A stretch of 64,000 nt of DNA from an uncultured Methanosarcinales archaeon (lineage in GTDB: Archaea > Nanobdellota > Nanobdellia > Woesearchaeales > CAYZNE01), in contig CAYONI010000001.1 in assembly GCA_964405295.1 (NCBI GenBank), positions 1 through 64,000 of the forward strand, in the 5' to 3' direction. Shown one piece after another: positions 1-10,936 of the stretch (positions are counted from its first letter, which is position 1; each line of letters starts with the position of its first letter). The notes below the pieces were generated by a model, which did no database searches, was not told the DNA's origin, and was given only the letters and a program-made list of their open reading frames with translations. The position numbers and the translations under genes were made by a program.

Positions 1-1563
1 TATCACCGTAAGGGCAAGGGTTCCTCAACAATGCAAATCAGTTGAGGGTTAGTTGGTCCTAACCTAACTCCTAATTGGAGTAAAGGGAAAGGGGAACAGG
101 TTAATATTCCTGTACCATCTAAATATGTGCGGCAACGCAAGACATGTTTCTGACACTTGGGGTTAGGCAGACATATTTTATCTGATATGTTAATAAATGC
201 AAAACAAAGGAGTATCGTTATGATGAGAATTTGTTTAACTTTTAGAACAGTGCACATTTGTGCATTCTGCTGATACCTTAGGTCCGTGAAAAAGGAACTT
301 GTAAAAATTTTAGATGGCCATACCCAGAACCGGCACAGGTGCCCCTAGGTGAGAAGCCTAAGGTGTGTAGGGATAATCTAGTCAAGGGAATTCGGCAAAT
401 TGGCCCCGTACCTTCGGTATAAGGGGTCCCTACTTTTGTATCCGCATGGGTGCGATTGTAGGGTGAAATTACAAGGATGGTCCGACTGTTTAACAAAAAC
501 ATAACCAACTGCTAGGCTGTAAAGCTGTGTATAGTTGGTGACGTCTGCCCAGTGTCAGTACCTTAAGCCTTCTTTCAAGGGGGTGAAGGGCTGATAAACG
601 GCGGGGGTAACTATAACTCTCTTAAGGTAGCGAAATGCCTTGCCGTTTGAATGACGGCCTGCATGAATGGCGTAACGAGATCATCGCTGTCCCTAACTAG
701 AACCCTCCGAACTTTCTATTCTGGTGCAAAGGCCAGAGATTCCCAGTGGGAAGTGAAGACCCCGTGAAACTTTACTGTAGCCTGTTGTTGTGTTACGGGA
801 TTTGTTGTATAGTGTAAGTGGGAGTTGTTATGATTTAGGCGCCAGCTTGAATATAGACGCCAATGTAACACCACTCTTCAAATTCTGTGATACTTATTTG
901 CAATGCAAAGACATCAATTGGTGGACAGTTTGGCTGGGGTGGCACCCCACTGAAATGATATCAGTGGGGCCCAAAGGTCTGCTCAGGTGGGTCAGAAATC
1001 CACCGTAGAGTGCAAGAGCAAAAGTCGGCCTGATTGGGTTTCTAATAAGTGGAAATCCAAAGTAGAAATACTGGTCTAGCGATCTGTTAGTTCTCCTTGA
1101 TGGGGGCTAGCATTGACCGAAAAGTTACTCCGGGGATAACAGAGTTGTCGCGCCCGAGAGCTCATATCGACGGCGCGGCTTGCTACATCGCTGTCGGCTC
1201 TTCCTATCCTGGATGTGCAGAAGCATCCAAGGGTGGGGGTGTTCACCCATTAAAAGGGATCGTGAGCTGGGTTCAGAACGCTGTGAGGCAGTTTGTTTAA
1301 TATCTACTGGGAATGTTCAGTGTCTGATGGGAAGGACCATTTAGTACGAGAGGAACGATGGTTCGAAGCCTCTGGTGTATCAGTTATCTGATAAGGTAAG
1401 CTGAGCAGCTACGCTTTAAGGGATAAGTGCTGAAAGCATCTAAGCACGAAACCCACCTAGAAAAGAGACATGAGAACGCCTATAGAAGATGGGTTTGATA
1501 GGACTGGCGTGTAAGTACCAAGCTTCGGCGAGGTATTCAGCGTGCAGTTACTAATAAGTTCGC
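1..1563 (+). rRNA. rrl: 23S rRNA, 3' part (5' end lies outside the window)
   Basis: Universal LSU motifs: GTAACTATAACTCTCTTAAGGTAGCGAAAT (~607), GAAGACCCCGTG, GGGGATAACAG, sarcin-ricin loop AGTACGAGAGGAAC (~1343), GCTGAAAGCATCTAAG. 3' end approximate; T-tracts follow. Confidence 0.97.
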
Positions 1564-1862
1564 TTTAATCTTTTTTTAGTCTAATTTTTTTATGCATGAT
1601 TCATTTTTTTTTATTTTATCTCAATAGCTTTTGTTATTGAGCATTTTTTCTATGTATTTTTCTAAAACTAGCTTTTGCTATATTCTTTTTTACCACAATC
1701 TTTATAAATAAGTTATCTAAGTAATATAAATAAACTAAATAAATCAATTTAACTAACTTAGTAAAGTAAGTTAAGTAAGATAAGTTAGTAGATTAAAGCT
1801 CCACATAGTTAACTTATTAAATGGTAAGTGTAATAATTTGTTATAAGGGGAGTAGGTGTAAA

Positions 1863-1985
1863 ATGGTAAATGTAAATATTGCTATTTCAAATGAATTGCA
1901 TAAACAAATGAAAGTTAAGTGTGCAATAGATAATTTTACAATTAAAGAATATATTACTAAAGTTCTATCCAAGGAAATCAAATAA
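1863..1985 (+). CDS. Small ribbon-helix-helix (CopG/ParG-like) DNA-binding protein, 40 aa
   Basis: Read by hand: MVNVNIAISNELHKQMKVKCAIDNFTIKEYITKVLSKEIK*. Upstream GGAGTAGGTG SD. Beta-strand then two helices, the RHH pattern. Confidence 0.75.
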   Translation: MVNVNIAISNELHKQMKVKCAIDNFTIKEYITKVLSKEIK

Positions 1986-2018
1986 TAACCAGATATTAAT
2001 ATATGAGATAAAACAAAC

Positions 2019-2177
2019 ATGGTCAATATAAATATAGAAATTCCTGATGAATTGCATAAAAAAATAAAAGTTTATTGTGCAATGAATAATATTACCATAA
2101 AAGACTTTGTTATTTCTTCATTAACTAAGAATCTTAAATCAGATAGTAAAGGACATAAATCTCGGAGTAGAAAGTAA
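2019..2177 (+). CDS. Small ribbon-helix-helix protein, 52 aa, paralog of the previous gene
   Basis: Read by hand: MVNINIEIPDELHKKIKVYCAMNNITIKDFVISSLTKNLKSDSKGHKSRSRK*. Stop overlaps the next start (TAATG). Confidence 0.78.
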   Translation: MVNINIEIPDELHKKIKVYCAMNNITIKDFVISSLTKNLKSDSKGHKSRSRK

Positions 2178-5100
2178 TGAATAAAGACCCAAAGAGTAAA
2201 AAAGAGAAAAAGAAAAAGCTCGAAGAGTTATTAAGACAAGGATCTTTTGTAGCTCTTTTTATATTATTTGCATTCCTAATAGTGAGTTATGGCCCTGAAG
2301 AATTTTCTTTATCAAGATTAACTGGATTAGTATCTTTTAATGGTGGTGACCCTGCAATGGGTTCTGTTTATACTGACGATGATTTAAATTGTAGTTGGGA
2401 TTATGATGATGCAATAAATGTAACCATTGTATGGTTGAATGGCAGTGTTCTTTACATAACACTTGAAGGAACTGTAGGAGAATTTCCTAGCCCTCAAACC
2501 ATATCTTCTTCTGTTACTAGAAAGGGTGAAACTTGGACTTGCAATGTTACTTTATTTAATACAACAGATAATGTTACTGATGAAGTAAGTGTAGAAGTTC
2601 AAAATTCTCCACCTATTAATCTTAAAATTTACTATGGTGTTGGAGAAGTTGGTTCATCGTTTACTATGTATGAAGATATACAATATGATTTAATAATTAA
2701 TGCAACAGATGCAGATAATGATACACTTATTTATTCACTTGAAGATGAAACTAATCTATTAAATATTTGTTCTGTTGCATCTTATACAGGGGCAATAACT
2801 TGTCTTGTTGATCATGCTATTTTAGATCCTGAAGTTGATGGAAGTGAAACAACAAAATACCAAAATGATACACAGTTTCAAGCAACTGATAATGATGAGG
2901 GGGGGCTTCCTAATAAACTTATAGATTTCACTTTAATACCTGTAAATGACGCACCGATTATTACGCTTAATGAATCTGTTGTAGATATAAATACAGATAC
3001 AAATTATACAGAAGCGTTTACAGTTACTGATGAAGAAGAAGATGCATATACTCTTTCAGTTGTTAATAATAATCGTGATAGCCCTGGAAGTTTAAGTTAT
3101 ATTGAAATTAATGAAACTACAAAAGAAATATATTTTAATACATCAGATGGTAGTGCTGCACCTGCAGATTTTGGTAATTATTCAATAAATATTACTGCAG
3201 TAGATTCAACCAATAATACTGTTAATACTACTTTTGTTTATAATTTAACAATTAATAGCACAAATCACGCTCCGAATATAACTCAAATAACACAGCAAAT
3301 AAATGGTGTGCAAGGTCAGCCTTTTATTTTAGAATTTCATGCGACAGATATTGATGTTGGTGTTGGAGAGAATCTGAGCTTTTCTTCAAATCAATCTGTT
3401 TTTACAGATAACTTTTCAAATTTTATTAATTATACTATTAATGATGTTGGCCATTATAATGCAACTATTAATATAATTGCACTCAATAATACACATATTG
3501 TTCAAAGAGATTTTATTGTTTATGTAGAAGATCAGTTTGGTTCAACTGATTCCACAACTATAAATGCAGTTTTTAATAATACTAATGATTATCCTGTAAT
3601 TAGTGATAATAGTAGCCATCAAAATAATACCTTTAGTACTTCTCAAAACATTTCAAATCTTAATGCTTATCTTTATACAAATTTTGTGTATGTAATTAAC
3701 GGTAGTGATGTTGACAATTTTACTTATGAGGGTGAGAACATAACCTATACAATGAATTATTCTGGAGATTATTTTAATCTTTCAACTGATGGAATCTTTG
3801 GTTTTCATAGTACTAATGATACGTTAGTTGATAATACTTATTTATTTAATATTACCCTAACTGATGATGGGACCAGTAATTTCCAAGCAGGAACACCTTT
3901 ATCAGCATTTAAAGTATTAGAATTAACTGTTCTTAATAATACTGTGCCATATTTTGTTTATGGTTTAGACAATATTAATTGTTCTGAGGATGTTGCTTGT
4001 TCTTTTAATGTTACTGGAACTGATGATGACGGAGGTGACTTTGTTAATTATTCAATAGAATCAGTCAGTTTAATTAATGGTTTTGGAAACTCTTCTTTTA
4101 CTTTTGATATAACTCAAGCAACCGGAATAATTAATTTTATACCCAATCAATTAGATGTTGGTAATTATTCAATAAACTTAAGCCTTCAAGACCAAAGAGG
4201 GGCTGTTATTTATGATTCATTTATTTTTTCAATAAATAATACTAACAACAATCCTGAATTGACTAAGCCAATAGTTTTCCCTAATGCTTCTAGTGAAGGA
4301 ATATTTTATCAAATACCATATTCGTCAAGTGTTGTTGTAACTGGTGATGACGACGACCTTTATGTAATTGGTTCAACAGAAGTTTTAACCTATAGTTTTA
4401 ACATAACTCCTACAATCCCCGATATATTCTCAATAAATTCGTTAACAGGAGAAGTAACTATTGATACTTTTGTTGCAGATTGTGCAAATAAAACTTATAA
4501 TATAACAATCACTCTTACAGATTCTTTAGGTGTTAATGATACCTATGATACTAATTTTACAATATATCTGAGAAGTAGTTCTCCAGAAATAGAGAGCATA
4601 TACCCTTATGGTAATGAGAGTGATAATTATCAAATCATTTATGCTTGGAATAACACAAATCAGTCTTCAGGCGGAACAACAATGATGGTAGAAAACGAAA
4701 ATGTATCGATAATATTTAATCATACAACTGTAGATAGTGATTCAACACTAAATTATAATTGGACTGTTAATGGAGAGCTAATAAATGATTCCAGTTTAAT
4801 TGATGGTAATCATACTCTTAATTATACTTTTAACTTTTTTAGTAGTGATTCTTACGAAGTATTATTGCAAGTAGTAGATGATACTTTTAATGAAGTTAAT
4901 TGGACTTGGGACTTAAATATTACAAATGTTAATCGTCTTCCTATTTTAAATAATTCACTTCCAAATTTTACTGGAAACCGTTCTGTTGATGGTTCAATAA
5001 TGGTACCTGATTATTTTACACTTCCAAGTTTCAGTTCAGGGTTACAAAGATTTTATGATCCTGATTTTGATATTAATGAAGACTGGTTGCTAGGTGATGA

Positions 5101-6103
5101 TGAAACTTCAAATCTAACTTATGAGTATACCTCTGGTTGTAATGCTTATCTAAATATTACTATTACAGGTGATACTCTTGATCTAAAAGGTTTAACTGAA
5201 GGCTATTGTTCTATGGTTTTCACTGCAGAAGATGTTTTCGGTGGTGTCGTCAATAGTAATGAAGTGTTCGTTAATGTTACTGCTAAATATCAAGGTCCTA
5301 CCGAGCCTGCTGGAGGAACAACTAGGCACCCAGTTAGTCTTCCTTTGGAGGGGGATAATGATCCTTTCCCTCTGGAGATTATTAGTGCGAAAAGCGTTGT
5401 TATGTATCAGAATCAAACAATTATTATTCCAATTGAATTAAAGAATAATTGGACTGGGCCGTTGAATGGGGTTTCATTGGGTATTAAAACTGAAGAAGGA
5501 GATGTTGAGTATTCATTAAGCTCCACTTTTGTTGATTTTATTTATGTAGGAGAAAGTGAATTTGTTAACTTAACATTGATTAATTATAGGGATCCTGGAA
5601 GTTATGAATTAGAAATACACGCAAATGTTTCTGACCCTTCATTTATGGATAGTGCACTCATAATAATTAATTCATTAGAGGAGAAAAATGAAGGTGAAAC
5701 TCTTGAAACAAAACTTTCTTTTGCAAGGGACCTACTCGATAATAATGGTGAATGCCAAGAGCTAGTGGAATTATTAAGACAGGCAGAAGATAGTTTAGCA
5801 GAAGGAGATAAAGATGAAACTTCAAAACTTTTAGATATTGCAATAAATGGTTGTAAACATATGATTGAAGAGTACAATAAACAATCAATAAAAGAAGAGC
5901 CTGGAAGTGTTAGTCTGGTTTTTGGTAGGGATTTTTTAAAAGATTTATTTAATAATAGAACGATCCTATTGGTATTAGGAATAATTATTTTGGTCATAGT
6001 TTTGGGTCTTGTATTCTTAAGAAAATGGATGTTAAAAAAGAAACCAGCTGAATTTGCAAATATTGAGGATGAGCATAAATCATTAAATGATGAAAGTAAA
6101 TAA
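2177..6103 (+). CDS. Large membrane-anchored surface glycoprotein with cadherin/Ig-like repeats
   Basis: 1308 aa. N- and C-terminal TM segments, repeated N-x-x-P...DxD cadherin-like motifs, very many NxS/T sequons. Confidence 0.8.
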   Translation: MNKDPKSKKEKKKKLEELLRQGSFVALFILFAFLIVSYGPEEFSLSRLTGLVSFNGGDPAMGSVYTDDDLNCSWDYDDAINVTIVWLNGSVLYITLEGTVGEFPSPQTISSSVTRKGETWTCNVTLFNTTDNVTDEVSVEVQNSPPINLKIYYGVGEVGSSFTMYEDIQYDLIINATDADNDTLIYSLEDETNLLNICSVASYTGAITCLVDHAILDPEVDGSETTKYQNDTQFQATDNDEGGLPNKLIDFTLIPVNDAPIITLNESVVDINTDTNYTEAFTVTDEEEDAYTLSVVNNNRDSPGSLSYIEINETTKEIYFNTSDGSAAPADFGNYSINITAVDSTNNTVNTTFVYNLTINSTNHAPNITQITQQINGVQGQPFILEFHATDIDVGVGENLSFSSNQSVFTDNFSNFINYTINDVGHYNATINIIALNNTHIVQRDFIVYVEDQFGSTDSTTINAVFNNTNDYPVISDNSSHQNNTFSTSQNISNLNAYLYTNFVYVINGSDVDNFTYEGENITYTMNYSGDYFNLSTDGIFGFHSTNDTLVDNTYLFNITLTDDGTSNFQAGTPLSAFKVLELTVLNNTVPYFVYGLDNINCSEDVACSFNVTGTDDDGGDFVNYSIESVSLINGFGNSSFTFDITQATGIINFIPNQLDVGNYSINLSLQDQRGAVIYDSFIFSINNTNNNPELTKPIVFPNASSEGIFYQIPYSSSVVVTGDDDDLYVIGSTEVLTYSFNITPTIPDIFSINSLTGEVTIDTFVADCANKTYNITITLTDSLGVNDTYDTNFTIYLRSSSPEIESIYPYGNESDNYQIIYAWNNTNQSSGGTTMMVENENVSIIFNHTTVDSDSTLNYNWTVNGELINDSSLIDGNHTLNYTFNFFSSDSYEVLLQVVDDTFNEVNWTWDLNITNVNRLPILNNSLPNFTGNRSVDGSIMVPDYFTLPSFSSGLQRFYDPDFDINEDWLLGDDETSNLTYEYTSGCNAYLNITITGDTLDLKGLTEGYCSMVFTAEDVFGGVVNSNEVFVNVTAKYQGPTEPAGGTTRHPVSLPLEGDNDPFPLEIISAKSVVMYQNQTIIIPIELKNNWTGPLNGVSLGIKTEEGDVEYSLSSTFVDFIYVGESEFVNLTLINYRDPGSYELEIHANVSDPSFMDSALIIINSLEEKNEGETLETKLSFARDLLDNNGECQELVELLRQAEDSLAEGDKDETSKLLDIAINGCKHMIEEYNKQSIKEEPGSVSLVFGRDFLKDLFNNRTILLVLGIIILVIVLGLVFLRKWMLKKKPAEFANIEDEHKSLNDESK

Positions 6104-6175
6104 AATAGTTATATATTAGGTGAGAAAGCTTTTTAAATTGTCATAATATAATTTAATAAGTAAAAGGTTAGTAAA

Positions 6176-7679
6176 ATGAAAAAAAAAGAGGGAGAGTTAT
6201 TAATTAGAGAACTTAAGAAGGTTGTTATTAAGAAATGTGGTTATCTATTATCGAAGAAAATCATTCTTGAGAAGGAGGTTTATTCATTAATTAAACTATT
6301 TTTTAAGAGCTATTTCGAAATTGATTATGAATTATCATTTGCGGATTTAATTTCTCATATAGATAAAGGAAATATTACTGAAGAAACAAAAAATAAATCA
6401 ATAGGGTTCTTAATAGGTATAAATAAAGAAGTATATTCTGGTGTAGAAGTTGAGCATCCTGATTTTCATTCGGTAATTAATAATTTTAAGGAATTAGTTG
6501 AAGCTTTAATTAAAGAGAAAGAACAGCTTTCATTATTTGAAAACGGGCTTAAACACGCATTAAAAACATCTTTTGTTAAGAGTCTTTTTATTAAGAAAAA
6601 GAACATCAAAATTGATGAGCCTATTAATATTGAAAAGACATATGTTTCAGTTAGAGAAAAATTAATTGATAATATAGATAAAGTCATAGGGCAGCCCATT
6701 ACTTATAATAAGAAGAAGTTATCTAGTAAGAAAAAGATTTCTAATGTTAAGGATATTATTCCAACTAAAATTCAAACAGAACTTGTCAAAGAAGATAAAA
6801 TGGTTTCTCCAGAAGATCTTTTTAATAGATATGGTCCGGATANNNNNNNNNNNNNNNNNNNNNNNNNNNNNNNNNNNNNNNNNNNNNNNNNNNNNNNNNN
6901 NNNNNNNNNNNNNNNNNNNNNNNNNNNNNNNNNNNNNNNNNNATGATGTTAATGATGTTAATGATGTTAATGATGTTAATGATGTTAATGATGTTAATGA
7001 TGTTAAGATTGATTCCACCAAGAATATTTCTAATAATCAAACTCATAAAGAACTTGTTAAACTTAAAGAGAACATAGATGAATCAAAAAAGGAACCTATT
7101 AAGAATTCAATTATTATTCCAGAAGAAAAAATCAGCATTCCTCATTTGGCAAATAGTAATTTGTCTGAATCAGATCTAAGAGATATTGATTGGTCTGCAG
7201 ATGTTAGTTTTCAATCTAAAAAGAATAATATAAGTACTCATAAAGAAGTTAATCCTATTGTGAAAGATTTTGTTGAGGCAGAGTTTTATGAGGATAAGCT
7301 AGATGAGTATTTGGATAATAAAGAAGCAGTTTTTTCAGATAAAGATGTTAAAGTTCATGAAAAACTTCTTATTGATGCTGAAAAATACATGGATAATACT
7401 TCAGAAAAGTTAAAGAAAGTTATTATTGGTGCATCAGTAAGTAATAAAAAAGCTGTTGCAGATAATGCTTTATCGTTTCATCTAAAGATAACTAATTTTA
7501 TTGGTAAGATGCATAAAGATATTAATATTAAAGATATGAGGCAGTTAAGTATAGATTATAAAAGCACGCTTGGGTTATATAAGCTTTTAACAAAAAAAGA
7601 GAAAAAATTGTTTTATGATGATTTAATGACTGCTTATAATTTAATAAATGATTATAAGAAAAATAAAAAAGTGATTTAG
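6176..7679 (+). CDS. Hypothetical protein, probably one gene interrupted by an assembly gap, with an internal DVN repeat
   Basis: ORFs 6176..6946 and 6744..7679 are open on either side of the 100-N gap. The frame change is explained by an arbitrary gap size. Confidence 0.6.
6943..7005 (+). repeat. 9-bp tandem repeat (ATGATGTTA)n encoding (DVN)n
   Basis: Seven visible copies directly after the N gap; true copy number unknown. Confidence 0.9.
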
Positions 7680-7741
7680 ATTTTATGATTAATTTTTAGA
7701 TTTATAAAATATTTATAAAAAATAAAGTTGAGTTGGTATAA

Positions 7742-8782
7742 ATGGAAATGGATAATAAAAAAATAAAAGAACTAGATAAGTTTACAAAAGAAATTAAAAT
7801 TGATCCTGAATTATCAAAAGAGGTTATAGAGATAAAAACTAAGCTTGATGCAGTTAAAAAAGAAATTAGTAAAATTGTTGTTGGGCAAAAAAAGACTGTT
7901 AATTCTTTCTTAGAGGCGCTTCTTGCTAATGGGCATGTATTGGTAGAAGGTGTTCCTGGTATTGCCAAAACTCTTCTTGTAAGAACATTGTCTGTTATAA
8001 CAGGGTGCATTTTTTCAAGAATTCAGTTTACACCAGATCTTCTCCCTACAGATATTGTTGGAATAACTATGTATGAAGAGGGTAAGGGTTTTTATAGCGT
8101 AAAGGGCCCAGTTTTTGCAAATTTTGTTCTTGCAGACGAGATTAACAGAGCCCCCCCTAAAGTTCAATCTGCACTTCTAGAGTCTATGCAGGAGAAGCAG
8201 GTGACAATTGGTAAAGAAACTTTTAAATTGCCAAAACCTTTTTTTGTAATGGCAACTCAAAACCCTATTGAGAACCTTGGAACTTATGTGTTGCCTGAAG
8301 CTCAAATTGATAGGTTTATTTTTAAGATAAAAATGTCATATCCTTCTTCAGAAGAGGAGTTGGAAATTTTACATAAAAATATGACTACTCATGATTTTTC
8401 AGAGTTTCAATTAGTTCCTTTACTTAACCAATCTGAGATTGGAAGAATGCAGAATGTTGTAAAGAAAATTTATCTTGATAAAAAGATAGAACAGTATATT
8501 ATTTCAATTGTTGATGCAACTAGAAATCCTGAGAATTTTAATCTAGAACTTGGTAAATATATTGCGTTTGGTGGCAGTCCAAGAAGTAGCATTGCTTTGT
8601 TTATTGCATCAAAAGCTCGTGCTGTTATGGATGGTAGAACTTATGTTACACCTGATGATGTAAAACAAGTTGCACATAATGTGTTAAGGCATAGAATTTT
8701 GTTAAATTATGAAGGTCAAGCTGAAGAAATAAACACAGAAAAAATAATAGATGAAATATTAAAGAGGGTTCCTGTAATTTAA
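7742..8782 (+). CDS. moxR: MoxR family AAA+ ATPase
   Basis: GVPGIAKT, RIQFTPDLLP, DEINRAPPKVQSALLE, ATQNPIE. Confidence 0.95.
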   Translation: MEMDNKKIKELDKFTKEIKIDPELSKEVIEIKTKLDAVKKEISKIVVGQKKTVNSFLEALLANGHVLVEGVPGIAKTLLVRTLSVITGCIFSRIQFTPDLLPTDIVGITMYEEGKGFYSVKGPVFANFVLADEINRAPPKVQSALLESMQEKQVTIGKETFKLPKPFFVMATQNPIENLGTYVLPEAQIDRFIFKIKMSYPSSEEELEILHKNMTTHDFSEFQLVPLLNQSEIGRMQNVVKKIYLDKKIEQYIISIVDATRNPENFNLELGKYIAFGGSPRSSIALFIASKARAVMDGRTYVTPDDVKQVAHNVLRHRILLNYEGQAEEINTEKIIDEILKRVPVI

Positions 8783-8803
8783 TAGTTATGTTGGTTAATT
8801 ATA

Positions 8804-9703
8804 ATGAAGGTAAAAACACTTAATTTGGATTTTAATAATAAGATGCAGCCAATTGAACTTAGTACAAGGCAGAATCTTTTATCAGAGATATTTGAGGGTA
8901 AATGGGTTGCAAGATATAAAGGTAGGGGAATGGAATTTTCCGAATATAGAAATTATGTTTATGGGGATGATGCAAATAATATTGATTGGAGAGCAAGTCT
9001 AAGGTCAAATAATCTTTTGGTTAGGCAATTTGAACAAGATAGGAGTGTAAACGCTTTGTTTGTTCTTGATGTAAGTGATAATATGCTTTTTAGTTCTAGG
9101 CAAGATGGTAAAATGAAAGTGGAATATGCAGCTGAATTAGTTATGGCTATGTCAAGACCAATACTAAACACAGGTAATGCTGCAGGATTAATTATGTTCA
9201 ATAATACTATAGTGACTAAACTTGACCCTAATATTGGTCTTGCTGTTGAACATCGAATGAAGTCTTTATTGACAAATCCTGAAAATTACGGAGGTAAGTT
9301 TAACTTTAATAAAATGATGAAAGTTCTTTTAAATTTAAAAGAAAGTAAACTTGTTATAATAATTATTACTGATTTTATAGGGCTTAAAAAAGGATGGGCT
9401 AAGTATATTGAAATTTTGAATGAGAAATATGATATTATTGGAATAATGGTTAAAGATCATCGTGATAGATATCTTCCACCTAGAGGGCAAGTTGTTGTAC
9501 AAAATCCTTCATCTAATAAAAGAATTTTTGTTGATTCCTCAAAATATGGAAAGTTATATCATCAAACAATACTTGATGAGGAAAGAAATATTTCAAGATT
9601 GTTTAAGGCAATGAAGTGTGATATGTTAAGGTTGGAAACAACAGAAGATGCTTTTTCAAAATTAGTTAAGTTTTTCAGAAAGAGAATTGTTGTAAATTCT
9701 TAA
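8804..9703 (+). CDS. DUF58 family protein
   Basis: G.EF.EYR.Y..GDD...IDW.AS motif; follows moxR. Confidence 0.9.
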   Translation: MKVKTLNLDFNNKMQPIELSTRQNLLSEIFEGKWVARYKGRGMEFSEYRNYVYGDDANNIDWRASLRSNNLLVRQFEQDRSVNALFVLDVSDNMLFSSRQDGKMKVEYAAELVMAMSRPILNTGNAAGLIMFNNTIVTKLDPNIGLAVEHRMKSLLTNPENYGGKFNFNKMMKVLLNLKESKLVIIIITDFIGLKKGWAKYIEILNEKYDIIGIMVKDHRDRYLPPRGQVVVQNPSSNKRIFVDSSKYGKLYHQTILDEERNISRLFKAMKCDMLRLETTEDAFSKLVKFFRKRIVVNS

Positions 9704-9710
9704 GTTTCTG

Positions 9711-10694
9711 ATGAGTGTTATTAATATGATAAAAATAATTTTTGAAAATCCTGTATTTTTGTGGTATTTGTTAAGTATACCTATACTAATTATAAGCCAT
9801 TTTACTTTTTTAAAAAATGCAAGATTTAAAGCTATACGATTTTCAAATTTTCGAACAATTGAAAGATTAACTGGTGTTGGCCCAGATAAAGTTATGACAA
9901 AGAATTGGAGTATGTTAATAATGAGGTTATTTGTTTTATTCTCTGTTATTCTTGCAATAAGTGCTCCTGTTGTATGGTATAAGAATTTTAGCCACGATGC
10001 AGATTTTGTCTTAGCTATTGATGCAAGTGCTTCAATGCTTGCAAAAGATTTTGAGCCAAGTAGATTGGGTGTAGCTAAGGAACAAGCTAATCTTTTTGTT
10101 ACAAGTATTAGAGGAGATTCAACAATAGGCGTTGTGACTTTTGCAGGTAGCTCGTTTATTGATCAGCTTCCGACAAATAATAAGAACTTAATTAAGAATA
10201 CTATTAGTAATATTGAGCCGATTGTATTAGGTGGAACAGATTTAGCAGGTGCAATTATTAGTTCAACTAATCTTTTAATTCTGTCTGAGCGAGGGAGAAT
10301 TCTTGTTCTATTGAGTGATGGTAGTAATACTGTTGATACTTTTAACAAGAAGTCTTTGGATACTGCACTTAAATATGCCAATAATAACCAAGTTATAATA
10401 AATACAATTGGAATTGGATCTTCGAATGGTAGTATTGGGTATCTTCCAGAATATTATAATGTTACTGCAATTTATGATTCAGAACAATTAAAATATATTG
10501 CTAATTCTACTGATGGAAATTTTTATAATTGTGAGACTGTAGAGGTATTTTCTGAGGCATTTGGGGATATATTACGTAATCCTCAAAAAACTTATATTCA
10601 TAAAGATTTAAATTCAATACTTCTTTTGATTGCGCTATTGATATTATTTTTTGAGTGGGGTTTGGCTAATACCAGATTTAGGAGATTGCCCTAG
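9711..10694 (+). CDS. BatA-like vWA domain membrane protein
   Basis: N-terminal FENP..LW TM segment, MIDAS DASASM, LLSDG, C-terminal TM. Confidence 0.9.
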   Translation: MSVINMIKIIFENPVFLWYLLSIPILIISHFTFLKNARFKAIRFSNFRTIERLTGVGPDKVMTKNWSMLIMRLFVLFSVILAISAPVVWYKNFSHDADFVLAIDASASMLAKDFEPSRLGVAKEQANLFVTSIRGDSTIGVVTFAGSSFIDQLPTNNKNLIKNTISNIEPIVLGGTDLAGAIISSTNLLILSERGRILVLLSDGSNTVDTFNKKSLDTALKYANNNQVIINTIGIGSSNGSIGYLPEYYNVTAIYDSEQLKYIANSTDGNFYNCETVEVFSEAFGDILRNPQKTYIHKDLNSILLLIALLILFFEWGLANTRFRRLP

Positions 10695-10714
10695 GGTTAT
10701 TTTTTAGAAAATAA

Positions 10715-10936
10715 TGCTTCAAACGGGCTTCTTGCTTGAAAATTAAATTTTCTGCGTCACAGGAGCTTCGTTCAAATCTAGTTAGAATAATTAGGGTATT
10801 TCTTCGAAACACTTTAAACATGTTCCAAACGGGATCCGTAGCAAACTTGTTTGCGAGGCATCCAATAAACGAAGTTTATTGAGTGTCTTTGAATCACTTT
10901 TGGAGTTTACTAAGGTATTCTTAAGAATACCTTTAA
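10715..10936. repeat. Two degenerate copies of the tRNA-Glu 3' end with structured spacers
   Basis: TGCTTCAAACGGG at 10715 and TGTTCCAAACGGGAT at 10821, versus TGCTCCAAACGGGAT at the tRNA (10937). Perfect palindrome AAGGTATTCTTAAGAATACCTT at 10912-10933. Confidence 0.85.

Noticed and set aside
3..1300. ORFs 3..257, 278..508, 790..1008 and 1097..1300
   Set aside because: They lie inside 23S rRNA and are spurious.
1841..2026. Minus-strand 61-aa ORF
   Set aside because: Antisense to the better supported RHH genes.
6176..7679. Programmed frameshift or pseudogene
   Set aside because: The frame change occurs across a 100-N placeholder gap of unknown true length.
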